From Flavobacteriales bacterium (GTDB lineage: Bacteria > Bacteroidota > Bacteroidia > Flavobacteriales > UBA7312): 64,000 nucleotides of DNA. Location of the stretch: positions 7,929-71,928 of the forward strand of contig CBFIDX010000002.1 in assembly GCA_965661505.1 (NCBI GenBank). Direction: 5' to 3'. The first letter of the stretch is position 1, and every line of letters starts with the position of its first letter. The notes beneath the pieces were generated by a model that was given only the letters and a program-made list of their open reading frames with translations, had not been told where the DNA came from and searched no databases. Made by a program: the position numbers and the translations under genes. Shown piece after piece: positions 41,351 through 51,029 of the stretch.

Positions 41351-42505
41351 ATGGAGTTCGAGTTAAGTTTCAAACCCATTTCTCACCAAAGAGAAGATTA
41401 CCTTCCCAATCAGTTGGGTGGTTTTGTGGAAGCTTATACAAAGGGTCATTTCCCTGACTTGAGCGAGTCCGATGTGGTATTAATTGGTGTGCCTGAATTT
41501 AGCGGAACGCAAACCACCGGAAATGAAGATTCATTAGCTAAAATTCGTGCAGCTTATTATCAGCTCTACAGAGGGTCTGAGCGTTTACGAATTGCAGACT
41601 TAGGAAATCTTCTTTTAGGTGAAAAAAATACCGACACCTTCTTTCTGTTGTCAGAAGTATTAGAAGAGTGTCATAGAAGAGGATTGTTTGCAATGTTAAT
41701 CGGAGGTGGTCAAGATGCTACTTTCGCACAGTATAAAGCTTGTGTTCGCATGCAGAAGATGACAAACCTAGTCTGTATTGATGCTCGCTTTGATTTCGGA
41801 TTAGACAATGAGGATTTAAATGCCCATACATATCTATCAAAAATTATTCAGGAGAAGCCAAGTTTTTTGTTCAACTACAGCAATATTGGAAATCAATCCT
41901 TTTTAAATTCTCAAGAAACACTCGAATTAATTCATGATTTATATTTTGATTCTTATCGACTAGGAGTTGTTCGTTCAGACATCGAAGAGGTTGAACCCAT
42001 TTTAAGAAACGCAGATATTCTTTCTGTTGATTTAAGTAGTGTGCGCCTATCGGATGCGCCAGGAACACATGAAGGTTCACCAAATGGATTTCATGGCGAA
42101 GAGATGTGTCAGATTATGCGATATGCCGGTTTGGGTGGAGGTCTTCTTTCATTGGGGATTTACGAGTATGACCACACAAAGGATGTAAATAATCAAACCG
42201 CACAACTAATTGCACAAATGATGTGGTATTTTCTTGAGGGCTATTTTCATCGAATGAAGCGATTAACACCACAAGAAGGAGATTTTGTGAAATACCATGT
42301 TTCAATGCGAGACGGAGAATTCGATGCAACTTTTTATAAAAACAAACAATTGAATAAGTGGTGGATGGAAATACCGCTTTTAGAAGACCAGATGGAACAA
42401 TTTAAAGATCATTTTTTTATTCCCTGTTCTTACAAAGATTTTCAATCAGCAAGCCAGGGTGATTTACCCGATCGATGGTGGAAAGCTTTTCAAAAAATGA
42501 ACTAA
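41351..42505 (+). CDS. Arginase/ureohydrolase-fold protein (formimidoylglutamase-like) with non-canonical metal-ligand motifs
   Basis: The fold-wide pattern aligns by eye to the family ('VVLIGVP', 'LIGGGQDAT', 'CIDARFDFG', 'LSVDLSSVRLSDAPG', 'LGIYEYDHTKD'). Its ATG directly abuts the topA stop. Confidence 0.65.
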   Translation: MEFELSFKPISHQREDYLPNQLGGFVEAYTKGHFPDLSESDVVLIGVPEFSGTQTTGNEDSLAKIRAAYYQLYRGSERLRIADLGNLLLGEKNTDTFFLLSEVLEECHRRGLFAMLIGGGQDATFAQYKACVRMQKMTNLVCIDARFDFGLDNEDLNAHTYLSKIIQEKPSFLFNYSNIGNQSFLNSQETLELIHDLYFDSYRLGVVRSDIEEVEPILRNADILSVDLSSVRLSDAPGTHEGSPNGFHGEEMCQIMRYAGLGGGLLSLGIYEYDHTKDVNNQTAQLIAQMMWYFLEGYFHRMKRLTPQEGDFVKYHVSMRDGEFDATFYKNKQLNKWWMEIPLLEDQMEQFKDHFFIPCSYKDFQSASQGDLPDRWWKAFQKMN

Positions 42506-42600
42506 CATGCTGAAAAACACTTCTTTGATATCTAGTTTCACTCCTAAAGAAAATTTAATTATTTTAGCACCCAAATATCCTACAAATAAGGAAACTACTA

Positions 42601-43527
42601 ATGAGCAATAACTCATACTTTAAGAAATATACTTTGCTGTCAATTATGCTGCTATTTGGAATCATTTCCAATGCTCAGCAAGACCCACAGTTTAGTCAAA
42701 ATTTATTCAACAATATCGCTATAAACCCTGGATATGCAGGAAGTAATGATGCGATTTGTGCAACTGCCTTACATAGGTCTCAGTGGATGGGGTTTTTAGG
42801 AGCCCCTACAACTACAAACTTAGGCGTAGAAGCTGCTTTGCCAATGCTGCGCGGTGGTTTAGGCTTAAATGTTATGACAGATAACATTGCCCAAAATGAA
42901 TTTCTGGGTTTAAATCTATCTTATGCCTACAGAACCGAATTGGTGGGTGGTAATTTAGGTATTGGGGTTTCTGTTGGTATGTTGCAAGATGGTGTTAATG
43001 GTTCTGATTATATTTCAGAAATCAGTACAGACCCTACCATCCCTACCTCAAACGATAAAGCATCTGGTTTTGATTTTGGTGCGGGTTTATTCTACAAATC
43101 AGAAAAAGTTTATCTTGGGTTGTCAAGCACTCACATTAACGAGCCCGTTATAGAGTCAACAACGGAATTGGTAACTATGAACAGACACTATTACCTAAGT
43201 GCAGGATATCAACATGAGCTCAACGATAAAATGATTCTAAAACCTTCTTTATTTGTAAAAAGTGATGGAGTTAGTTCGACTTTAGACTTAAGTACCTTAC
43301 TGGAATACAATAAAAGGTTTTGGGGAGGCGTTACATTGAGGCCTAGTGAGTCTGTTATTACCCTGTTAGGAATGCATTTAAATGAAAGTTTACGTTTTGG
43401 TGTAGCATATGATATTCCAGTTTCAGAAATATCTCATGCAGGAAGCATGGAGTTTATGCTTGGGTATTGTTTTAAAATAGACTACACCAAGGTAGTTAAA
43501 GGATTTAAGAATCCAAGGTTATTGTAA
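42601..43527 (+). CDS. porP: PorP/SprF-family T9SS outer-membrane protein
   Basis: Signal peptide (ISNA|QQ), then the family-typical 'QQDPQFSQNLFNNIAINPGYAG'. About 300-aa beta-barrel. Located directly upstream of gldK, as porP is to porK. Confidence 0.8.
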   Translation: MSNNSYFKKYTLLSIMLLFGIISNAQQDPQFSQNLFNNIAINPGYAGSNDAICATALHRSQWMGFLGAPTTTNLGVEAALPMLRGGLGLNVMTDNIAQNEFLGLNLSYAYRTELVGGNLGIGVSVGMLQDGVNGSDYISEISTDPTIPTSNDKASGFDFGAGLFYKSEKVYLGLSSTHINEPVIESTTELVTMNRHYYLSAGYQHELNDKMILKPSLFVKSDGVSSTLDLSTLLEYNKRFWGGVTLRPSESVITLLGMHLNESLRFGVAYDIPVSEISHAGSMEFMLGYCFKIDYTKVVKGFKNPRLL

Positions 43528-43556
43528 AAGTGTTACCTTTGTAGGCTACACTTGCC

Positions 43557-43584
43557 AAATCATCACTATAATAGGTGATGATTT
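43557..43584 (+). promoter_or_regulatory. Hairpin between porP and gldK (weak terminator/attenuator candidate)
   Basis: 10-bp stem aaatcatcac/gtgatgattt with an 8-nt loop tataatag. Only UG follows the stem, since the U-run is part of the stem. Confidence 0.3.
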
Positions 43585-43633
43585 TGTGCTAAAAAAGTAA
43601 GAAATATCCCGAAAGGGTAAATCGATAAGAACT

Positions 43634-44932
43634 ATGAAGAATTTGTTCATTTTAGGTTTGTTTGCAGTAGTTATTTCTAGCTGTTCAACATCTGGAAACG
43701 GCGAGTTAATTGGCGTCCAAAACCGACCCATATGGAACCCAACAGATCCTTATGGAATGGTTTACATACCGCAAGGTAGTTTTAATATGGGTCCAGGAGA
43801 TCAGGATGTCCCTTATGCTCATGTTACCCAACACAAAACAGTTTCGGTAGCTGCTTTCTACATGGATGAAACCGAAATAACAAACAATGAGTATAGACAG
43901 TTTGTTAATTGGGTTCGTGATTCAATTGCTCGAATTCTATTAGGAGAAGCAGGTATTGCTGGTTATGAGCTCATTGAAGAAGATAAGTATGATAACTTTA
44001 TAGATCCACCTATCATTGATTGGAATAGACCCATAAGGTGGGACGATCAAGAAGTGAGAGAGGTTCTTGAAGATGAGATGTACTTACCAGATCATGAACG
44101 TTTTTATTCAAGAAGGCAAATTGATTCTAGAAAGTTAAATTTCGTTTATGAGACTCAAGCCATAAAAGATGCTGCTCGAAAAGTGAATCGTTCACAAGGA
44201 CAAAAAGATAGATCTGTTTATATTGATGAGGTAGAGCTTAATATCTATCCTGACACTTTAGTTTGGACACACGATTATGCCTATTCATACAATGATCCTT
44301 GGACAAGAAACTATTTTCATCATCCAGCCTTTGACGATTATCCTGTTGTGGGTGTAAATTGGAAACAAGCAGTTGCTTTTTCAAAATGGAGAACGATGAT
44401 TCTTGATGAATATTTACTTGATAGAGATGAACCCTTACACGATGAGTTTCGCCTTCCAACCGAGTCCGAGTGGGAGTATGCAGCAAGAGGCGGTTTAGAT
44501 TTATCTCCTTATCCTTGGGGAGGTCCTTACACAACCAACGATAAAGGTTGTTTTTTGGCAAACTTTAAACCAAGAAGAGGGAATTATACCGCTGATGGGG
44601 GTATAAGAACAGTTAAAGTTGCCTCCTACAATCCTAACAATTATGGTTTGTATGATATGGCGGGTAATGTTTCTGAGTGGACAGATAATGCATATGATGA
44701 ATCTGCCTTCAGTTTTGCGCATGACATGAACATGGACTTCAAATATGATGCTGAGGAATCTGATCCGAATATTTTAAAGCGTAAAACAATAAGGGGTGGT
44801 TCATGGAAAGACATTTCCCATTTTATACAAACAGGAACAAGAGATTATGAGTATCAAGATACTGCAAAATCATACATTGGTTTCAGAAATGTGATTACAT
44901 TCCTTGGTAGAGATAAAGTAGATTTTAGATAA
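43634..44932 (+). CDS. gldK: T9SS/gliding lipoprotein GldK (PorK), FGE-sulfatase fold
   Basis: Lipobox 'VISSC'. 'GELIGVQNRPIWNPTDPYGMVYIPQGSFNMG', 'NVSEWT', 'RGGSW'. gldKLMN synteny. Confidence 0.9.
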   Translation: MKNLFILGLFAVVISSCSTSGNGELIGVQNRPIWNPTDPYGMVYIPQGSFNMGPGDQDVPYAHVTQHKTVSVAAFYMDETEITNNEYRQFVNWVRDSIARILLGEAGIAGYELIEEDKYDNFIDPPIIDWNRPIRWDDQEVREVLEDEMYLPDHERFYSRRQIDSRKLNFVYETQAIKDAARKVNRSQGQKDRSVYIDEVELNIYPDTLVWTHDYAYSYNDPWTRNYFHHPAFDDYPVVGVNWKQAVAFSKWRTMILDEYLLDRDEPLHDEFRLPTESEWEYAARGGLDLSPYPWGGPYTTNDKGCFLANFKPRRGNYTADGGIRTVKVASYNPNNYGLYDMAGNVSEWTDNAYDESAFSFAHDMNMDFKYDAEESDPNILKRKTIRGGSWKDISHFIQTGTRDYEYQDTAKSYIGFRNVITFLGRDKVDFR

Positions 44933-44962
44933 AAATTTTAGAGTATTAAATAACAAAAAACT

Positions 44963-45574
44963 ATGGCATTTATAAATCCAAATTCGAAGAATTTTAAGAA
45001 TTTTATGGCAAAATTATATGGTTGGGGAGCAGCTGTTGTAATTTTAGGAGCATTGTTTAAGCTACAAAATTGGCCTGGAGCAGGATTAATGTTAATTGTT
45101 GGACTAGGAACCGAAGCAGTCATCTTTTTCTTTTCTGCTTTTGAAAAGCCACACGAAGAACCCGATTGGTCGCTAGTTTATCCAGAGTTGGCCTACATGA
45201 AAGACCCTAGTGAATCAGATACAAACACACCTACTCAGGAACTAGATAATATGCTCCAAAATGCAAATGTAGATCAAGCCCTTATCACAAGGCTTGGTGA
45301 TAACCTTCGCTCATTCAATGAAACGGTTGAAGGAGTCAATAAATCAATGGATGCCGTAGCAGCAACAGGTGATTACAGTGATCAGATGAGAGAAGCTTCA
45401 CGAAAACTAGCAGAAATGAATACCTACTACGATTTACAGCTAAAAACCATGCAAAATATGGGTAATTCCGTAGGAGATACTGAGAAATTCCAACAAGAAA
45501 TAGCGCGTTTAGGCGAAAATTTAGCTGCCTTGAATAAGGTATATGGAAATATGCTAAATGCAATGAATAAGTAA
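44963..45574 (+). CDS. gldL: T9SS/gliding motor protein GldL (PorL)
   Basis: Two TM helices 'YGWGAAVVILGALFKL' and 'IVGLGTEAVIFFFSAFE', followed by 'PDWSLVYPELA'. This closely matches the F. johnsoniae GldL N-terminus as I recall it. Confidence 0.9.
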   Translation: MAFINPNSKNFKNFMAKLYGWGAAVVILGALFKLQNWPGAGLMLIVGLGTEAVIFFFSAFEKPHEEPDWSLVYPELAYMKDPSESDTNTPTQELDNMLQNANVDQALITRLGDNLRSFNETVEGVNKSMDAVAATGDYSDQMREASRKLAEMNTYYDLQLKTMQNMGNSVGDTEKFQQEIARLGENLAALNKVYGNMLNAMNK

Positions 45575-45606
45575 TTACAAAGCAGTCATTTTAGAAAAAA
45601 AAATTC

Positions 45607-47268
45607 ATGGCAGGAAATAAATTATCTCCAAGACAAAAAATGATTGGCATGATGTATTTAGTGCTGATAGCTCTTCTAGCACTAAATGTATCCAAAACGG
45701 TCCTTGAGGCTTTTTCAAAAATTAATGGGAGTCTTTATAAGACTTCTATCAACTTTGCAAATAAAAACAATCAAGTTTATGCAGAGTTTGATCAAGCTGC
45801 TGAGACGAACCCCACCAAAGCTGGCCCTTGGAAAGAAAAAGCTTATAGTGTAAAAAAAGAAGCTGATGAGCTGGTAGATAGGCTCCAAAGATTGAAATTT
45901 GAACTAGTTTCAATGGGTGATGGCAAGGTAAATATTTTGTACAATGGCGAAGTTGTAGAAGTGTCAGAAAACACCTCATATGCTGATTTAGGCGACAAAA
46001 AGTATGCTTCATTTGCAGAAATTGATAATAAAAAAGATCGTTACGAAGCATGGAACCTGATGTATAATGAAAAAAAGGAAGGCGATCCTTTAATGCAAAA
46101 TATCAATTCTTTTAAAAGCTTGTTGTTATCATATGCTTCCGATAATGAATCAATATCTAATTCATTAAACTCTACCTTCGATCTTTCTGACATTCAACTG
46201 AAAGAAGGTTCAGGAAAAGTATCATGGCTAAAAAATAACTTTGAAGACATGCCACTAATCGCGGCAGTAACTATATTGTCTAAAATACAGGCAGATGTTC
46301 GTAATGCAGAGGCTGATGTTATTAACTTTCTTAGACAAGAAATTGATGCTAGCTCGTTAAAGTTTACTTCAGCTGAAGCCATTCAAATAGCGCCCTCTAA
46401 TTACATTTTTCTTGGTGACACCTTTAAAGCCGATGTCTTTATAGCAGCTAAAGATTCAACACAAAACCCTGTCATTTATGTAGGCGATTATGAATTAGGT
46501 GAAGATGGTAAATACAACATGGTTGGTGAGTTTGATACAATAACTGTCAAATCAGGTAAAGGTAAATTTGCCATAAAGACTCGATCAGAAGGATACAAAA
46601 AATGGGGAGGATTAATCTCTATGAAAACAGACGCAGGCGTGAAAATGTATCCTTTTAACGGAGAATATCAAGTAGCTAAGCAAAGTGTTGTTGTATCCCC
46701 AACAAAAATGAATGTTTTATACATCTTAGGGGATAAGGTTGGTAATCCAGTTGATATTTCTGTGCCAGGCGTATCACAAGACAAAATTTCAGCGTCCTGC
46801 AATAATGGTAAAATTGTAAAAAAAGGAGCCTCTTGGGAAGTGTACCCTACAAAGGTAGGCCCTGCTAAAATTTCAATTTCTGCAGAAATTGATGGTAAAA
46901 GAAAAAATATGGGAGCTATGGAGTTTCGTGTGAAAAGAGTTCCAGATCCTATAGCCTCTCTTCCAGGATTGTCTAAGCAGGGTAAAATCAAGAAAAATCA
47001 ACTCACTGCCAACTCTACCAAATTGATAGCTGAAATGAAAGATTTTGATTTTGATCTTAAATTTAGAGTTACAGGCTTTACAATAGCTGCCACCTACAAG
47101 GGGAATTTTGTTGAGAAAAAAACAAGAGGAGCTAAGTTGACGGATGAGATGAAAGAGTTAATTAAAGATTTACAAAGAGGATCAACAGTATTTATCACAA
47201 ATATCTCTGCAAAGGGACCCGATGGCAAACCCAGACAGCTTGGTGCTTTGCCAGTTAAAATAAATTAA
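45607..47268 (+). CDS. gldM: T9SS/gliding motor protein GldM (PorM)
   Basis: 'MAGNKLSPRQKMIGMMYLVLIALLALNVSK' (GldM N-terminal signature), then a long periplasmic region. Confidence 0.9.
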   Translation: MAGNKLSPRQKMIGMMYLVLIALLALNVSKTVLEAFSKINGSLYKTSINFANKNNQVYAEFDQAAETNPTKAGPWKEKAYSVKKEADELVDRLQRLKFELVSMGDGKVNILYNGEVVEVSENTSYADLGDKKYASFAEIDNKKDRYEAWNLMYNEKKEGDPLMQNINSFKSLLLSYASDNESISNSLNSTFDLSDIQLKEGSGKVSWLKNNFEDMPLIAAVTILSKIQADVRNAEADVINFLRQEIDASSLKFTSAEAIQIAPSNYIFLGDTFKADVFIAAKDSTQNPVIYVGDYELGEDGKYNMVGEFDTITVKSGKGKFAIKTRSEGYKKWGGLISMKTDAGVKMYPFNGEYQVAKQSVVVSPTKMNVLYILGDKVGNPVDISVPGVSQDKISASCNNGKIVKKGASWEVYPTKVGPAKISISAEIDGKRKNMGAMEFRVKRVPDPIASLPGLSKQGKIKKNQLTANSTKLIAEMKDFDFDLKFRVTGFTIAATYKGNFVEKKTRGAKLTDEMKELIKDLQRGSTVFITNISAKGPDGKPRQLGALPVKIN

Positions 47269-47288
47269 ACTAAACTAAAACCCTGTTA

Positions 47289-48146
47289 ATGATGAAAAGG
47301 TTTTTATTAATAATAGCATTATTTGCATTAATTAGTCCATTATCTGCACAAGATATTCTTGATGGTGCTTATAAAAAAGACATTCGTGATGGTGGAAAAG
47401 ATCGCTTAGAACAAAATTACCACCATGTAAGAGAGGCTGACGTGATGTGGTCCACAAAAGTTTGGAGAGAGATTGACTTAAATGAAAAAATAAATCAAGT
47501 TTTTTATTACCCTGTACAGCGTATAGATGATCGAAGAAGTTTGATTGATGTAATCATGGACGCCGTACAAGAGGGGACAATAACTGCCTATGGTAATGCA
47601 TACAAAGATGATGAATTTAAATCTCCTATGTCGCCTGGTGAAATCAAAGAAATAGGAATATCTGGTAATTTAGTTGATACTTTTTGGACCTATGACGATG
47701 AAAGAGAAGAAGAAGTATTTGAGTTAACGTATAATACTTTTGATCGCTCAACAGTAACTCGTTATCGAATTAAGGAGGAATGGTATTTTGACAAGCAACG
47801 TTCTGTAATGGATGTTAGAATTATAGGCTTGTGCCCAATTAGAGACCGTTATGATGAGGATACGGATGAGTTCTTAGGTGTTGAACCATTATTTTGGGTC
47901 TATTTTCCTGAAGCACGAAAAGTATTAACAAAAGCGGAAGTTTTTAACCACAGAAAAAACGATGCTGCTCGACTAACCTTTGACGATATTTTTCATAAAA
48001 GATTTTTTAATAGTTTAATTGTTAAAGAATCGAATAAGTATGATCGAATGATTAGCCAGTATAGAGTTGGTATTGATGCAGTACTTGAATCAGAAAGAAT
48101 CAAAGAAGAGATTTTTCATTTAGAACACGATCTGTGGGAGTATTAA
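47289..48146 (+). CDS. gldN: T9SS/gliding periplasmic ring protein GldN (PorN)
   Basis: Signal peptide (PLSA|QD). 'YHHVREADVMWSTKVWREIDLNEKINQ'. Position after gldM. Confidence 0.9.
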   Translation: MMKRFLLIIALFALISPLSAQDILDGAYKKDIRDGGKDRLEQNYHHVREADVMWSTKVWREIDLNEKINQVFYYPVQRIDDRRSLIDVIMDAVQEGTITAYGNAYKDDEFKSPMSPGEIKEIGISGNLVDTFWTYDDEREEEVFELTYNTFDRSTVTRYRIKEEWYFDKQRSVMDVRIIGLCPIRDRYDEDTDEFLGVEPLFWVYFPEARKVLTKAEVFNHRKNDAARLTFDDIFHKRFFNSLIVKESNKYDRMISQYRVGIDAVLESERIKEEIFHLEHDLWEY

Positions 48147-48162
48147 AGTGAAAATTAAAATC

Positions 48163-48193
48163 AAAAACCCTCATCCAAAGTGAGGGTTTTTTT
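48163..48193 (+). terminator. Intrinsic terminator of the gldKLMN operon
   Basis: aaaaaCCCTCAtccaaagTGAGGGttttttt, 17 nt after the gldN stop. Confidence 0.8.
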
Positions 48194-48230
48194 ATTGCTA
48201 GTTAGCAAAATCTATAAGAAGGAATTATTG

Positions 48231-48238
48231 TATTTTTG
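48231..48238 (+). promoter_or_regulatory. Candidate -7 promoter box for the polysaccharide operon
   Basis: TATTTTTG matches TAnnTTTG and ends 13 nt before the wbpA-like ATG. No well-spaced -33 TTG. A 6-bp palindrome TTGCTAgtTAGCAA lies at 48195-48208. Confidence 0.3.
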
Positions 48239-48251
48239 TTTTATTTAAGAT

Positions 48252-49517
48252 ATGAGTGATAAAATTGCTATAATTGGTCTTGGTTATGTAGGAATTCCTC
48301 TAGCTGTAGAGTTTGGAAAAAAGTTCACTACTGTAGGTTTTGACATCAATACTGAGCGAATTAATGAGCTTAAAAAAGGATTCGACCGAACGTTAGAGAT
48401 GTCTTCTGATGATTTAGCTTCTGCTACTCATCTTTCATATACCATTTCTGTTGAAGATTTATCAGATTGTAATATTTATATAATTACGGTTCCTACCCCA
48501 ATAAACAATAAAAATCTGCCTGATTTAACACCTCTTCGTCAGTCAACGCAGGCGATTGCAAGTGTTTTAAGCAAAGATGACATTGTTATATACGAATCTA
48601 CCGTCTATCCAGGTGTAACCGAAGAAGAATGTGTTCCTATTCTAGAAGAAGTCTCTGGATTAAAATTTAACAAAGATTTCTTTTGTGGTTATAGCCCAGA
48701 GCGAATTAACCCTGGTGATAAAGAACGTACACTTACAAAAATTTTAAAAATTACAAGTGGATCCACTCATGAGGTTGCAAAAAGAGTAGATGAATTATAT
48801 AAGTCTATTATTACAGCAGGAACACATTTAGCGCCTTCTATAAAAGTTGCAGAAGCAGCAAAGGTCATTGAAAACACCCAAAGAGACGTGAATATTGCTT
48901 TGGTAAATGAATTAGCCTTAATATTTGATACCATGGGGATTTCTTCTAGAGATGTTTTGGAGGCAGCAGGAACGAAATGGAACTTTCTGAATTTTAAGCC
49001 AGGACTAGTTGGAGGACATTGCATAGGAGTTGACCCCTATTACCTTACGTACAAAGCGGAGAAAATGGGATATAAGCCAAACCTTATTTTGTCATCAAGA
49101 CAAATCAATAATGGAATGTCAGCTTACATCGCCAAAAAAACCATTCGCCTTCTAGTAGAAAAAGATAAAAACATAAAAAACGCAAATATTTTAGTATTGG
49201 GACTTACTTTTAAAGAAAACTGCCCCGATATAAGAAATACCAAAGTAATTGATATCATTGAGGAGCTAAAAGAATTTGGATGTAATATTGATGTATATGA
49301 TCCTTGGGTGGATAAAGAAGAGGAAAAGAAAACCTATAAGCATGGCTTGATAGAAAACCCATTCCAATCAACTAAAAAATATGCAGCTATTGTTGTTGCT
49401 GTAGCACATGATCAATTCATAGAACTGACAGATGAAGATTATGCTTCCGTTTCAGAAGGAAGCCCAGTCGTAATAGATATTAAAGGAATTGTAGATAATC
49501 CTAGCTGGAGATTATAA
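48252..49517 (+). CDS. wbpA: UDP-N-acetyl-D-glucosamine 6-dehydrogenase (WbpA/TviB-type nucleotide-sugar dehydrogenase)
   Basis: 'IAIIGLGYVGIPLAVEFG', 'GYSPERINPGD', catalytic-Cys 'GGHCIGVDPYY'. Followed by wbpB/D/E-like genes. Confidence 0.8.
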   Translation: MSDKIAIIGLGYVGIPLAVEFGKKFTTVGFDINTERINELKKGFDRTLEMSSDDLASATHLSYTISVEDLSDCNIYIITVPTPINNKNLPDLTPLRQSTQAIASVLSKDDIVIYESTVYPGVTEEECVPILEEVSGLKFNKDFFCGYSPERINPGDKERTLTKILKITSGSTHEVAKRVDELYKSIITAGTHLAPSIKVAEAAKVIENTQRDVNIALVNELALIFDTMGISSRDVLEAAGTKWNFLNFKPGLVGGHCIGVDPYYLTYKAEKMGYKPNLILSSRQINNGMSAYIAKKTIRLLVEKDKNIKNANILVLGLTFKENCPDIRNTKVIDIIEELKEFGCNIDVYDPWVDKEEEKKTYKHGLIENPFQSTKKYAAIVVAVAHDQFIELTDEDYASVSEGSPVVIDIKGIVDNPSWRL

Positions 49518-50461
49518 TGAAAAAGTTTGCGCTAATTGGTGCTGCCGGATACATTGCGCCAAGACATATGAAAGCAATTAAAGAGACTGAAAATACGTTG
49601 GCTGCTGCTTTGGATCGTTTTGATAGCGTAGGAATTATAGACACTCATTTTCCTGAGGCCGATTTTTTTACAGAGCCCGAACGTTTTGATCGTCATTTAT
49701 CTAAGTTAAGAGTTAAAGGAGAAGGAGTCGATTATGTTAGCGTTTGCTCACCAAATTACTTGCATGATGCACATCTTCGTTTGGGGTTAAGAAATGGAGC
49801 AGATGCAATTTGTGAAAAACCCATAGTGTTAAACCCTTGGAATATCGATGCTCTTGAAGAAGTTGAAAAAGATACAGGTCGTAAAATCAATAATATCCTA
49901 CAATTGCGTTTGCACCCTTCTATTGTTGCATTAAAGAAAAAAGTGGAAGAAGGCCCTGCCAATAAAGTATATGATATTGATTTAAGCTATTTAACAAGTA
50001 GAGGTAAATGGTACCATGTTTCATGGAAAGGAGATCAAAGTAAATCAGGAGGTATAGCAACAAATATTGGAATTCACTTTTTCGATATGCTTTCTTGGGT
50101 TTTTGGTTCAGTGAAAGAAAATATAACACACCTTTTAGAGGAAGATAGAGCAGCAGGATTTTTGCGATTAGAAAGAGCAAGAGTTCGTTGGTTTTTGAGT
50201 GTAAACTACGATCTAATTCCAGAACATATCAAGGCAATAGGCCAACGAACTTATCGTTCTATTAATGTGGAAGGAGATGACATAGAGTTTAGTGGTGGAT
50301 TTACTGATTTGCACACTCGTAGTTATGAGGAAGTGCTGAAAGGTAATGGCTTTGGTTTACGAGAAGCAAAACAATCCATTGAGATTGTTCATGACATAAG
50401 AAATGCTACTCCACAAGGGTTAAAAGGAGACTATCATCCGTTTTGCAAAAACAATGCCTGA
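49517..50461 (+). CDS. wbpB: Gfo/Idh/MocA oxidoreductase, WbpB-like (UDP-GlcNAcA 3-oxidase)
   Basis: 'KFALIGAAGYIAPRHMKAI', 'CSPNYLH', 'EKP'. Call rests on context between the wbpA- and wbpD-like genes. Confidence 0.7.
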   Translation: MKKFALIGAAGYIAPRHMKAIKETENTLAAALDRFDSVGIIDTHFPEADFFTEPERFDRHLSKLRVKGEGVDYVSVCSPNYLHDAHLRLGLRNGADAICEKPIVLNPWNIDALEEVEKDTGRKINNILQLRLHPSIVALKKKVEEGPANKVYDIDLSYLTSRGKWYHVSWKGDQSKSGGIATNIGIHFFDMLSWVFGSVKENITHLLEEDRAAGFLRLERARVRWFLSVNYDLIPEHIKAIGQRTYRSINVEGDDIEFSGGFTDLHTRSYEEVLKGNGFGLREAKQSIEIVHDIRNATPQGLKGDYHPFCKNNA

Positions 50462-51029
50462 TTTTTTTATTCATAACACATCCGTAGTTGATGACAATGT
50501 TCAGATTGGTGAAGGAACTAAAATCTGGCATTTTTCTCATTTGCTTTCCAATACTAAAATAGGAAACCATTGTTCTTTTGGGCAAAACTGTGTGGTTGGT
50601 CCAAATGTCACGATAGGAAATGGAGTGAAGGTTCAAAACAACATTTCTATTTATGATGGGGTAGAGGTTGAAGATGATGTGTTTTTAGGTCCCTCGATGG
50701 TTTTCACCAACATTATCAACCCTAGAAGTTTTATTGTTCGAAAGGAAGAATTTAAGAAAACACTTCTAAAAAAAGGATGTTCTGTCGGAGCAAATGCCAC
50801 AATCGTTTGTGGAATTACTATTGGTGAGTTTGCTCTTGTAGGAGCAGGAAGTGTAGTGACTAAAGAAGTGAAGCCATTTGAAATGGTTTATGGTGTTCCG
50901 GCCAAACATCAAGGGTGGGTAAGCAAAGCAGGTCACAACTTACACTTTAATGAAGAAGGTATTGCAGTTGACAGATTTGACGGTAGTACTTATCAATTAA
51001 ATAATAATACAGTCACTCAACTTTCATGA
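50454..51029 (+). CDS. wbpD: Hexapeptide-repeat N-acetyltransferase, WbpD-like
   Basis: Left-handed beta-helix repeats (IGEGTKIWHFSHL / IGNHCSFGQNCVV / IGNGVKVQNNISI). 191 aa. Confidence 0.7.
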   Translation: MPDFFIHNTSVVDDNVQIGEGTKIWHFSHLLSNTKIGNHCSFGQNCVVGPNVTIGNGVKVQNNISIYDGVEVEDDVFLGPSMVFTNIINPRSFIVRKEEFKKTLLKKGCSVGANATIVCGITIGEFALVGAGSVVTKEVKPFEMVYGVPAKHQGWVSKAGHNLHFNEEGIAVDRFDGSTYQLNNNTVTQLS

